A stretch of DNA of 62,435 nt, counting the filler, from a bacterium (GTDB lineage: Bacteria; JALSQH01): assembly GCA_027004335.1 (NCBI GenBank). It is 10 parts of 10 records of this genome, joined end to end, with 100 filler letters (N's around TTAATTAATTAA, not from the genome) between each part and the next. Parts side by side here need not be neighbours in the genome. Positions count along the whole stretch, not along the records: positions 18,241 to 34,885 come from JALTID010000254.1; positions 34,986 to 40,831 come from JALTID010000255.1; 8 more parts are not named here. The stretch is one strand, 5' to 3'. The notes beneath the pieces are model-generated. The model saw nothing but the letters and a program-made list of their open reading frames with translations, ran no database searches and was not told the origin of the DNA. A program made the translations under genes and the position numbers. The first letter of the stretch is position 1, and each line of letters begins with the position of its first letter. Shown piece after piece: positions 29,065 to 38,518 of this stretch.

Positions 29065-30777
29065 ATGAAGAGGTTCAAGTTCATCTTAACCTTGATTGCA
29101 GTAATTCTGGGATGTTCTATCATCCATAAGAAAATGACCCCTGTGGAGAGGAAAAAGGAGGTAAAAAGTTTTCAGGAGAAGGGAATCTATTATCTTCAGT
29201 CAGGGGACTTACAGGAGGCTGAAGATTATTTTAAAAAAGCCCTTGAAACTGATCCTACATTTCTTCCACCCTACAATAACTTATCTGTAATTCTGATTAA
29301 AGAAAACAAATTAGAAGAGGCAAAAAGATTACTTAAGGAGGCAATTCGGCTCAAAAAAAATTATTCAGGAGCTTACAACAACTTAGGAATAATTTATCTG
29401 AAGGAGGGTAAATCTGGTCTCGCGGCAGCTTTTTTCAGGAAAGCCTTATCCATTTCTCCAAAAAATGATCAGATCTTACTTAACCTCGCTTTTTCCTACG
29501 AATCAATAAGACGGTATGATCTCGCTAAAAAAATCTTGAGAACATTGCTTAGGAGAAATTTGAAAAATTTTGATGCTAGAATAACCCTATCAAGAATTTA
29601 CATAAAAGAAGGAAAATACCCTCTGGCGCTGAGACATCTTTCCTATTTAATAAGACATTTCCCATCAAAGGCTCTTCCCTTTGCATATACTGGACTAATT
29701 TATGAAGCGATCGGAAACAGAGAATTGGCTGTTAAATTTTATAACCAGGCAATTGCACATAACCAAAATCTTGAAGAAGTTTATTTTGTCCTTGGAAGGG
29801 TTTATCTTGAAGGCGGAGAATACGTAAAAGCAAAACCATACTTTGAAAAAGTGGTGCAAATTTCAATGAAGAAGAAAAAGAAAAAAGAAATTGCCAGAGG
29901 GCTTTTTAATATAGCGGTTATATACAATAACATGGGAGAATATCGGATCGCTGAAATTAAGTTAAACGATGCAAAGAAATTCTATCCAAAAATAATTTCC
30001 CAGAATAAATTCATCATTGACCCATATGCGCATTTTTCACTAGGGATAATCTACGAAGAGAGAAACTTTTTCAAAGAAGCCGTAAGAGAGTACAAGATTG
30101 CAATAAAACATAAGAAAAAGTTTCTCTTAGCTTATTACAGGCTTGGAAGTACTCTTTATAAGCTGGCAATATTATCTGAAACATCAAAAAGAAAAAAGCT
30201 TCTTAAAGAAGCTGAGAAATTCCTGCTCAAAGCAATTAAAATTAACAGAACTTTTTACCCGGCTCACTACCAGCTTGCCTTAATCTACTCCAGAATGGGA
30301 GTGATGAAGGAAAAATACCTCCAGAAGGGTCAGTATAGAAAAGCCCTTTTTGAACTTCAAAGAGCTTACGAAGGTTACAAAAATGACCCTGACTTCTATA
30401 CTAACTTAGGAATAATCTATTTCAAACTTGAAGAGTATGATCCTGCCATTGAAAACTTTAAAAAGGCTATTTCTCTTGCTCCTGAAAGGGAAGAACTCTA
30501 CTTCTTAACCGGGCTCGCCCTCATAAAAAACGCCAAATATAAGGAAGCCATTGAGATACTCAAAAAAGGATTAAAAATAAAACCTGATGATGTGGATATT
30601 CTATATGCAATTGGAGCTGCCTACCAGAAATCTGGCAATCAAAAAGAAGCTGCAAAATATATATCCCAAACAATTATCTCAGAGGGCAAACCAAATCTTT
30701 CCTTATCAGTAACCAAAAGTGTATTATATCCAGCGCCTATCTCAAATTATTCATCTTCAGCGACCGTTGCTCATTAA
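29065..30777 (+). CDS. TPR-repeat putative lipoprotein
   Basis: Lipobox-like ILGC at residue 17; many TPRs (AYNNLG, FYTNLG). Confidence 0.85.
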   Translation: MKRFKFILTLIAVILGCSIIHKKMTPVERKKEVKSFQEKGIYYLQSGDLQEAEDYFKKALETDPTFLPPYNNLSVILIKENKLEEAKRLLKEAIRLKKNYSGAYNNLGIIYLKEGKSGLAAAFFRKALSISPKNDQILLNLAFSYESIRRYDLAKKILRTLLRRNLKNFDARITLSRIYIKEGKYPLALRHLSYLIRHFPSKALPFAYTGLIYEAIGNRELAVKFYNQAIAHNQNLEEVYFVLGRVYLEGGEYVKAKPYFEKVVQISMKKKKKKEIARGLFNIAVIYNNMGEYRIAEIKLNDAKKFYPKIISQNKFIIDPYAHFSLGIIYEERNFFKEAVREYKIAIKHKKKFLLAYYRLGSTLYKLAILSETSKRKKLLKEAEKFLLKAIKINRTFYPAHYQLALIYSRMGVMKEKYLQKGQYRKALFELQRAYEGYKNDPDFYTNLGIIYFKLEEYDPAIENFKKAISLAPEREELYFLTGLALIKNAKYKEAIEILKKGLKIKPDDVDILYAIGAAYQKSGNQKEAAKYISQTIISEGKPNLSLSVTKSVLYPAPISNYSSSATVAH

Positions 30778-30781
30778 AATC

Positions 30782-30809
30782 TTGACAGCATCAGCTATTA
30801 AAGTAGAAT
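30782..30809 (+). promoter_or_regulatory. Candidate sigma70 promoter of rsmD-coaD-aminotransferase
   Basis: TTGACA-N16-TAGAAT. Confidence 0.55.
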
Positions 30810-30819
30810 AACCGATGAA

Positions 30820-31368
30820 ATGAGAATAATTGGTGGCTATTTAAAAGGTCATAGACTTACACCTCCAAAGTCCGATCAGGTAAGGCCTACAGCAGACATG
30901 GTTAAAGGATCAATTTTTAACATATTAAGGGATTGGGAAGGAAAGATTATCCTTGATCTTTTTGGAGGAACAGGAAACCTCGGAATAGAGGCTTACAGCA
31001 GAGGTGCCAGAGAGGTAGTGTTTGTAGATAACGATATTTCGTCAATCATGATAATAAGAAAAAACCTTATGAAATTTGATCTTTACTCAAAAAGCAAAAT
31101 TTACAGCATGGACTTTAGAGCCGCTATTAAAAAATTTGGAAAAGAGGGTAAGAAATTTGATGTGATCTTCATTGATCCTCCTTTTAAGAAAAATTTCTGG
31201 GAACCCGCCTTTAAGCTAATTATACAGCATAGAATATTACAAAAAAATGGGATAGTAATATCAGAAATACCAACATTTAAGAAAATAGAAATCTCTGGAA
31301 ATTTTGAACTCATAACAGACAGGAACTATGGTCAGAATAGATTGATTATCTTAAGAGGAGTGAAATAA
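30820..31368 (+). CDS. rsmD: 16S rRNA m2G966 methyltransferase
   Basis: MRIIGG, RPT, LDLFGGTG, DPPF; upstream of coaD. Confidence 0.93.
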   Translation: MRIIGGYLKGHRLTPPKSDQVRPTADMVKGSIFNILRDWEGKIILDLFGGTGNLGIEAYSRGAREVVFVDNDISSIMIIRKNLMKFDLYSKSKIYSMDFRAAIKKFGKEGKKFDVIFIDPPFKKNFWEPAFKLIIQHRILQKNGIVISEIPTFKKIEISGNFELITDRNYGQNRLIILRGVK

Positions 31369-31871
31369 TGGAAAGAATCGCAGTATATCCTGGCTCCTTT
31401 GATCCTCTCACATATGGACATTTAAATATCATAGAAAGGGGAAGATTGATATTTGATAAAATAATCGTCGCAGTAGCCCACAATATTTCCAAAAAAACTT
31501 TTTTTGATTTTGAGGAGAGACTGGGGATCTTAAGAGAAGTACTAAACGGAATAGACAAAGTAGAAGTGGATGGTTTTGAAGGACTGTTGGTTGAATATGC
31601 AAAGAGAAAAAATGCAACAGTTATTTTAAGAGGTATAAGAACTGTTTCAGATTTTGAATATGAGTTTCAGATGGCTCTAGCCAATAAAATGTTAAGCCCC
31701 TCAATGGAAACCATGTTTATGATGACTGATGCTAAGTACTCTTATCTCAGCTCTTCCCTTATAAAAGAGATAGTTCACTTCGGTGGTTCTGTTAGCAGTA
31801 TGGTCCCACCTCTGGTGGAGAAAAAGCTGAGAGAAAAATTTGAGAAGATGCAAAAAGGAGGAATCATATGA
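31368..31871 (+). CDS. coaD: Phosphopantetheine adenylyltransferase
   Basis: YPGSFDPLTYGH, RGIRTVSDFEYE, SSSLIKE. Confidence 0.97.
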   Translation: MERIAVYPGSFDPLTYGHLNIIERGRLIFDKIIVAVAHNISKKTFFDFEERLGILREVLNGIDKVEVDGFEGLLVEYAKRKNATVILRGIRTVSDFEYEFQMALANKMLSPSMETMFMMTDAKYSYLSSSLIKEIVHFGGSVSSMVPPLVEKKLREKFEKMQKGGII

Positions 31872-33079
31872 ATCTTTCAAACAGAGCAAAAAGGATCAAG
31901 CCTTCCCCAACCCTTGCAATAACAGCAAAATTCAAGGCAATGAAGGCAGAGGGAATTGATGTGGTCGGATTCGGTGCAGGGGAACCAGATTTTGATACCC
32001 CGCAGCATATAAAAGATGCTGCAATCAAAGCCATCAACGAAGGAATGACAAAATACACCCCTGTGGGAGGAATTCCCCAGCTTAAAAAAGCTATTGTAGA
32101 AAAATTCAAAAAAGATAACAACCTTGAATACACCACGGATCAGATTCTGGTCTCACCTGGTGCAAAATTTTCACTCTACCTGGCCATGCAGGCTCTATTA
32201 CAAAATGGCGATGTTATATTAATCCCCGCTCCATACTGGGTTTCATATTCTGATCAGGCTCTACTAACAGATGCTGACTTCAGGTTAATTCAGGCAACAG
32301 AAAAAACCGATTTCAAAATTTCTGCAGATGATCTAAAAAAAGTGGTAGAAAATATAAAAAGTGAAGGCCTCAATCCAAAGGTATTTCTCCTGAATTCCCC
32401 TTCCAATCCGACAGGAACCGCCTATGATGTTGAAGAACTCAAAGCAATTGGTGAAGTACTTCTTGAAAATAATATGTGGATCCTAAGCGACGAAATTTAT
32501 GAGTTCCTCGTATACGATGGGTACAAGCATAACTCAATTGTAGCTGTAATGCCCGAACTAAAAGAAAGAGCAATTGTCATTAATGGTGTTTCAAAAACCT
32601 ACTCTATGACAGGCTGGAGAATAGGCTATGCAGCTGGTCCCACTGACATCATAAAGGCGATGACAAACATGCAGAGCCAGAGTACATCCAACCCAACATC
32701 CATTTCACAAGCAGCAGCTCTTGCAGCTCTCACAGGACCTCAGGATTGTGTAGAAGAAATGAGAAAGGAATTTGACAAAAGAAGAGAATACATAGCAGAA
32801 AGATTAAACAAAATAGAAGGCATAAGCTGCTATAGGCCAATAGGAGCTTTTTATGTATTCCCCAACGTGAGCGGTTTATTCGGTAAAAAATATGGCGATA
32901 GGGTTATAAATTCTGCTACAGATTTTGCTGCGTATCTTCTTGATGAAGCAAAAGTAGCGGTGGTTCCGGGAGCAGGATTTGGCAATGATAACTATGTCAG
33001 GATGAGCTACGCCACAAGCATGGAAGAGATAAAAAGAGGGGTAGATCGAATAGAAGAAGCGGTTAAAAACCTCTCCTGA
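31868..33079 (+). CDS. aspC: PLP-dependent aspartate aminotransferase (class I/II)
   Basis: GEPDF, NSPSNPTG, SDEIY, SKTYSMTGWRIG. Confidence 0.9.
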   Translation: MNLSNRAKRIKPSPTLAITAKFKAMKAEGIDVVGFGAGEPDFDTPQHIKDAAIKAINEGMTKYTPVGGIPQLKKAIVEKFKKDNNLEYTTDQILVSPGAKFSLYLAMQALLQNGDVILIPAPYWVSYSDQALLTDADFRLIQATEKTDFKISADDLKKVVENIKSEGLNPKVFLLNSPSNPTGTAYDVEELKAIGEVLLENNMWILSDEIYEFLVYDGYKHNSIVAVMPELKERAIVINGVSKTYSMTGWRIGYAAGPTDIIKAMTNMQSQSTSNPTSISQAAALAALTGPQDCVEEMRKEFDKRREYIAERLNKIEGISCYRPIGAFYVFPNVSGLFGKKYGDRVINSATDFAAYLLDEAKVAVVPGAGFGNDNYVRMSYATSMEEIKRGVDRIEEAVKNLS

Positions 33080-33103
33080 GATAAGTAAGTAAAAAAATGC
33101 TAC

Positions 33104-33124
33104 GGCCGGGGCTTATCCCCGGCC
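33104..33124. terminator. GC-rich hairpin between convergent genes
   Basis: GGCCGGGG-cttat-CCCCGGCC overlapping the rlmB stop. Confidence 0.6.
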
Positions 33125-33838
33125 ATGTTTTATTTCATACATCATAATACCCGCTGCAACTGAAACATTAAGGGAACCCACCTGTTTTCCAGAGAGGGGG
33201 ATCTTCACCCTGAAATCACACTCCTTCTGGGTAACATTTCTTATACCCCTCCCCTCATCTCCCATAACAAGAGCCACATTAAAATCATAGGACAAATCAG
33301 ATATCACTTTCTCCCCCTTCTCTGTAGCACAAACGATCCAGAATCCACTCTTTTTCAGGAATCTCAGGCTCCTTGCAATATTTACTTCTCTCGCCACATC
33401 AATCCACTCTGTTGCCCCGGCAGAACTTTTAACCACCACAGGGGTAACACCAGAAGCTCTTCTTTCAGGAATAACAACTCCGCTAAATCCAAGAAGATAG
33501 GAACTTCTTATCATAGAACCTAAATTTCCCGGATCAGTCACACCATCCAGGATAAGGAGATCAATATAACCATTTTCTTTTTTCTTTTTAATTAAATCCT
33601 CAATACTACAATACGGATATGGAGAAACCTCAAGAGCAACTCCCTGGTCCTTTTCTGTTCCTGAAAGTCTGTGAACATCTTTTCTACTGCCCACTTCTAT
33701 AACTTTTATTCCTCTGTTTCGGGCAAGATAGATCAAATCCCTGTGATATACAAAATAGTAGAGAGAAAAAATCCAGCGCTTACCAGATAAAATAGCCTCC
33801 CTGACAGGATTTACTCCGTAGATAAATTCTTTTTTCAT
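33113..33838 (-). CDS. rlmB: 23S rRNA Gm2251 methyltransferase (TrmH/SpoU family)
   Basis: LDGVTDPGNLGS, KSSAGA, GDEGRG, SLNVSVAAG. Confidence 0.9.
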   Translation of the reverse strand: MKKEFIYGVNPVREAILSGKRWIFSLYYFVYHRDLIYLARNRGIKVIEVGSRKDVHRLSGTEKDQGVALEVSPYPYCSIEDLIKKKKENGYIDLLILDGVTDPGNLGSMIRSSYLLGFSGVVIPERRASGVTPVVVKSSAGATEWIDVAREVNIARSLRFLKKSGFWIVCATEKGEKVISDLSYDFNVALVMGDEGRGIRNVTQKECDFRVKIPLSGKQVGSLNVSVAAGIMMYEIKHGRG

Positions 33839-34533
33839 TAAACTAACTGCTTAAGAATTGAAAGAACTGTACCTCTGGGATCGTTGCTATTTCTGATGGG
33901 CCTGCCGATGATAAGGTAATCGCAACTATTTTCCACAGCATCTCTCACACTCATTACCCTTTTTTGATCATCCCTTCTTTCTCCAGTAATTGATATGCCT
34001 GGAGTGAATGTGAGAAATTCTTCTGAGGTAACTTTTTTTATATTCAGCGCCTCAAGGGGTGAGCAAACCACTCCATCAAGACCTGCCTCATACCCTCTCT
34101 TTGCAAGTTCCACCACCAGCTCAGAAACATTTTTCTGGAAACCAAGCCTTCTAATATCTTCATTACCAAGACTTGTAAGTACGGTAACCCCTATTATTTT
34201 TGTTTCGACCTCCCTTTTTGCTCTTTCTTCCGCTACAACCTCTGCGCTTCTTTTTACCATCTCCCAACCACCGGAAATGTGTATATTAAATACATCCACC
34301 CCCATATCCATCACCTGCCTTGCTGCACCTGCAACGGTGCTGGGAATATCGTGGAACTTTAGATCAAGAAAGATCCTCTTCTGGTGATCCTTCAGATACT
34401 CAATTATATCTCTTCCCTCACGAACAAAAAGTTCCAGACCAACTTTATAAAAGGTGAGCTCTGGTATTTCTTCTACAAACCTTCTGGCTTTTTCAATGTC
34501 GGGGACATCCAGCGCAAAAATAAGTTCAGCCAT
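33838..34533 (-). CDS. pyrF: Orotidine-5'-phosphate decarboxylase
   Basis: ALD, KVGLEL, FLDLKFHDIP, VTVLTS, TPGI, GRPI. Confidence 0.96.
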   Translation of the reverse strand: MAELIFALDVPDIEKARRFVEEIPELTFYKVGLELFVREGRDIIEYLKDHQKRIFLDLKFHDIPSTVAGAARQVMDMGVDVFNIHISGGWEMVKRSAEVVAEERAKREVETKIIGVTVLTSLGNEDIRRLGFQKNVSELVVELAKRGYEAGLDGVVCSPLEALNIKKVTSEEFLTFTPGISITGERRDDQKRVMSVRDAVENSCDYLIIGRPIRNSNDPRGTVLSILKQLV

Positions 34534-34885
34534 TTATCCCTCAAGTTTCTTCTGAATGTTTTTCTGAATTGCTCTAACTCTCATTATGATTTTATCAGCC
34601 TTATCCCCAGGAAGATCCCTTTTCACAACAATTAATCCGAAATTAACCAACTCATTCAAGCCCTCAACAAGCCTCTGCTTTAAAATAAGATCCTCCATTC
34701 CTGAAATCTGAGTTAAAAAATTATCCTCTGAGACACTGTTTTTTATATTTTTCAGGTAAGTCTTTACATCAAATTTCCCACTTGCCATAAATGAAACTCC
34801 CCTGTAAAGAGGCCTTAATTTTTCAGGGCTCCTCTGAAGAAAAGTATTAAATAATTTAATCGCATCAGCTTTTGGATTATAAGAC
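34534..34885 (-). CDS. Hypothetical protein, C-terminal part
   Basis: Frame stays open upstream of the listed ATG to the contig edge (SYNPKADAIKLFN...). Confidence 0.6.
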
Positions 34886-34985
34886 NNNNNNNNNNNNNNN
34901 NNNNNNNNNNNNNNNNNNNNNNNNNNNNNTTAATTAATTAANNNNNNNNNNNNNNNNNNNNNNNNNNNNNNNNNNNNNNNNNNNN

Positions 34986-35084
34986 TAAATAGGGGGAAAG
35001 GGCGAGGTTTAAGCCTGCGTAAAGAAAAACTACAAGAAAAAAAGTAACCAGAAATGTATATTTAAAAATCCGCCAGACAACCAA
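34986..35084 (-). CDS. N-terminus of a membrane-anchored protein (cut by contig end)
   Basis: GAGGAG RBS, TTG start, hydrophobic segment FLVTFFLVVFLYAGLNLAL. Confidence 0.45.
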
Positions 35085-35113
35085 TTATCTCCTCATTCAT
35101 CTCAATAAAAAAA

Positions 35114-35188
<75 letters not shown>

Positions 35189-35199
35189 TTTCAATACAT

Positions 35200-35262
35200 A
35201 TTTTAAATAATTAGGGGAAAGTGTCAAGGTAACTTTGATTTCCCACCCCATAGATGTAAAAT
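35200..35262. promoter_or_regulatory. Divergent sigma70 promoters for tRNA-Gly and addA
   Basis: Minus TTGACA-N16-TAAAAT (35227-35200); plus TTGATT-N16-TAAAAT (35235-35262). Confidence 0.5.
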
Positions 35263-35269
35263 TATATCA

Positions 35270-38200
35270 ATGACTGAAAAAAAGCGTGTTCTTCTTCTCA
35301 CTGCATCAGCCGGAGCCGGGAAGACTTATTCACTCACCCTCAACTATATAAAGTATCTTTTTCAACTTTATATGAGAGATCCTCATAACAAAGGTAACCT
35401 CCGCAAAATAATTGCTATCACCTTCACAAGAGCTGCTACCAGAGAGATGAAATGCAGGATAATTGAATACCTTAAAAAACTATCTGAGGGTGACAACGAA
35501 TTATTTAAACAACTTGCAAAGAGCAATCCAGTATTCAGTAATAAAGAACAAGCAATGAAGATTGCAGGGGAACTCCTGGAGTTAACCCTTAAAAACTTTT
35601 CTTCCCTTCAGATCAGTACGATAGATAGTTTTATTACAAAGATCTTTTCTTCTGCCACTTACTTTTTGAATTACCCGCCCCACATTGAAATTTCTCTAAA
35701 GGAAGATAGAATCCTGAGAAAAATATATGAGATAAGTCTGGAAGAAGTATACAGGAAAGAACCTTATGTGATCAGGAAGATGGTGGGAAATCTGTATGCT
35801 TCAATGAATTTGGAAAATTTTGATCCAGTTTTCTCCATCGAAGATCAGATAATTGAGTATGTTAAAAAGAAAATAACGGGAGAAATAATAGAAAAAAAGC
35901 CTGAGATGAAGGCTGAAATAAAGGATCTCATTGAGCAGGGAATGAATTTTATTAACAGCCTTGAGATGGTAAAAGAGGATATGGAAGCTCAGGAGGGGAA
36001 AGAAGTAAAAAAATTTTTCAATAGCTCTTTTGAGACATTAAAGGAAAAAATAAACGATTTAAAACATAAATACAGGAAGAGAGAAGAAGTCTTTTTCAGG
36101 GCAGGAACAGAAACAAATCTCCCTGCTTATATCAATGGACATAAGTATAAAAAGATCATGAATTTTGAATCACTTACCAGATCCAGGGAAAGCTTTGAAA
36201 ATTTTTTAAGTACCCTCAAGCTCTACAGGAAAGGTGAGATCACAAAAGCATCCAGGAAAATATTTGCTCCCTTTTCAGATTCAACAAAGATTTTTGGAGA
36301 GATAGTGAGGGTTGAAGGGGAAATCCCCCTCCACATAATTCAGGCAAAGTTATCAAAGGCGATGGAAGAATTTAAGATACCTTTTCTCTATCTGTATCTT
36401 GCTGAATATACAAGTTATTTCATGATAGACGAATTCCAGGACACAAGTATGGTCCAGTGGAATCTTTTAAAGTTATTTATTGAGAATGTTCTTTCAGAAA
36501 ATGGGGAATTTTTTGCTGTGGGAGATCCCAAACAAACCATTTACTTCTGGAGAGGAACTGCAAGAGACATTTTTACAGTAGCAAAGAACGAGTTCTCAAA
36601 TTTTGGAATTGATGAAAAAACCCTTCCTATTAATTACAGAAGCTGTAAGGAGATTGTGGATTTTACTGGAAGAGTGTTTGATTACAACAATCTCAAGAAT
36701 TGGGCTGATAACTGCATAGGAACAAACAAAAATAGCATGGTTTTCTTCTGGGAGGAAGTTAAAAATGATCTAAAACAGCTTCTCCTGCACTATAAAAATG
36801 TTTCCCAGAGATCTTCACAAGAATGCAAAGGTTTCATCCACATAGAAGAGACTCAGGATCTCCCTGTTGAAGAGATCTATAAAAGAATAAATGATCTTAT
36901 TACCAAAGGAGCTTTCCTTTTTAACGACATAGCAATATTAACAAGAAACAATGCTGACATTGATACCCTGATCACTGAACTGATAAATAGAGGTATTCCG
37001 GTAAAATCCACAAGAGGGATAGATATCAGGCAACATCTCCTTATCAACGAAATAATTTCATTGCTTAAGTTTCTCAATGATCCCTCTGATAATATGAGTT
37101 TCTTCACCTTTATTAATGGAGAAATTTTCTCAAAAAGCACCGGAGATCCCAATCTGAGAGCTAAATTCACCCAGAAGATCAATGAATCTTTTTCTGATGC
37201 CAGAGGCAAAAACCAATTTCTATATAAGTTATTTCAAACAAACTATGGTGACTTATGGAACAGATATTTTAAAAATCTTTTTTCCTCCACCGGATTCAAA
37301 CCCTCCATGGATCTCATATGGGAGATATATGACATATTTGAAATTTTGAGAAATTTCAAAGAGAAGGAAGGAGTTTTCCTCCAGTTAATTGAAGTAGCAA
37401 GAGAAGCTGAAGCGGAGTACTCTGATCTGAATTCCTTTTTAGATGCTTTTAACAACTCTGAAATTGATGACGAACTCTACATTGTAAAAAACACAGAAAA
37501 CGCCGACGCTGTAACAGTCTCCACTTATCACAAGGCAAAGGGGCTGGAATGGCCAATAGTTTTTCTACCCAAATTCAATCTCACCTTTAAAACAAACTCT
37601 GCAGGTACTATGCTTCTTGATAACAATGGTAATCTCATCAAAACAACTCAGGATGTACTAAAAGAACTTCCAGATGATTTCTTATCTTCTACGGTAGAGA
37701 ACTTATCAATTCATATTTTTGGAGAGATTAATAACCTTTATGTGGCTGTAACAAGGGCAAAACAGCAGCTATATATTTATCTTACAATACCCAAGAAAAT
37801 AAAAAACATAGCAAGAGATCTTATTGTGGAATCTTTAAAAGATAGTATCCCGGAAGAGAGGATTAAGGAATGGGAAGGGAAGAAAGGAGGAATAAACATA
37901 GAGATTGGTAATTTATACGAGGAAAGAAAGGGGGAGGGAAGAGAAAAGTCCGGATTATCAACCATTGAAATTAAGTATAAACCTCCTTTGAAAAATTGGC
38001 ACATGCATATATTGAGGCCTATGAGAGTTCTCAAAGATTACTCAGAAGATGAAGTTCAGAGATTAAGGGAAGGAACATTTCTCCATAAGGCCCTGGAGCA
38101 TATAGATAAGATTGATAAAGAGGAACTGGAAAAAATAGTAAGAAAAGCTGTTGAAAGAGCTGCCTCTGAGCTGGGATATCCCGACGATAAGATGCAGGAA

Positions 38201-38518
38201 AACGCTGTGAAAATCCTGGAAGATTTTCTAAGGAACGAAGAGGTCTTCTCATTTTTCAGTGGGGAAGGAAGAGCAGAGAGAGAGTATGAAGTGGTGGAGG
38301 AGGAGGGAAATATTTTCAGGATAGATAGACTCTATATTACCTCAAAAGAAACCACTATAATTGATTTCAAAACTACGCTGTCAGAGGAGAACCTTGAAGA
38401 TTATAGAAAACAGGTGAGACATTATGGAAAATTAATAAGAGAAATTTTTCCTGAGAAAGAGGTTAAGTTGAAACTCCTTGGGATGTTTGATAAAAGGATA
38501 GAAAATGTTGAACCCTGA
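35270..38518 (+). CDS. addA: AddA/RecB-like UvrD helicase-nuclease
   Basis: ASAGAGKT, IDEFQDT, VGDPKQ, HKAKGLE, YVAVTRAK; C-terminal RIDRL/IIDFKT nuclease. Confidence 0.85.
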   Translation: MTEKKRVLLLTASAGAGKTYSLTLNYIKYLFQLYMRDPHNKGNLRKIIAITFTRAATREMKCRIIEYLKKLSEGDNELFKQLAKSNPVFSNKEQAMKIAGELLELTLKNFSSLQISTIDSFITKIFSSATYFLNYPPHIEISLKEDRILRKIYEISLEEVYRKEPYVIRKMVGNLYASMNLENFDPVFSIEDQIIEYVKKKITGEIIEKKPEMKAEIKDLIEQGMNFINSLEMVKEDMEAQEGKEVKKFFNSSFETLKEKINDLKHKYRKREEVFFRAGTETNLPAYINGHKYKKIMNFESLTRSRESFENFLSTLKLYRKGEITKASRKIFAPFSDSTKIFGEIVRVEGEIPLHIIQAKLSKAMEEFKIPFLYLYLAEYTSYFMIDEFQDTSMVQWNLLKLFIENVLSENGEFFAVGDPKQTIYFWRGTARDIFTVAKNEFSNFGIDEKTLPINYRSCKEIVDFTGRVFDYNNLKNWADNCIGTNKNSMVFFWEEVKNDLKQLLLHYKNVSQRSSQECKGFIHIEETQDLPVEEIYKRINDLITKGAFLFNDIAILTRNNADIDTLITELINRGIPVKSTRGIDIRQHLLINEIISLLKFLNDPSDNMSFFTFINGEIFSKSTGDPNLRAKFTQKINESFSDARGKNQFLYKLFQTNYGDLWNRYFKNLFSSTGFKPSMDLIWEIYDIFEILRNFKEKEGVFLQLIEVAREAEAEYSDLNSFLDAFNNSEIDDELYIVKNTENADAVTVSTYHKAKGLEWPIVFLPKFNLTFKTNSAGTMLLDNNGNLIKTTQDVLKELPDDFLSSTVENLSIHIFGEINNLYVAVTRAKQQLYIYLTIPKKIKNIARDLIVESLKDSIPEERIKEWEGKKGGINIEIGNLYEERKGEGREKSGLSTIEIKYKPPLKNWHMHILRPMRVLKDYSEDEVQRLREGTFLHKALEHIDKIDKEELEKIVRKAVERAASELGYPDDKMQENAVKILEDFLRNEEVFSFFSGEGRAEREYEVVEEEGNIFRIDRLYITSKETTIIDFKTTLSEENLEDYRKQVRHYGKLIREIFPEKEVKLKLLGMFDKRIENVEP

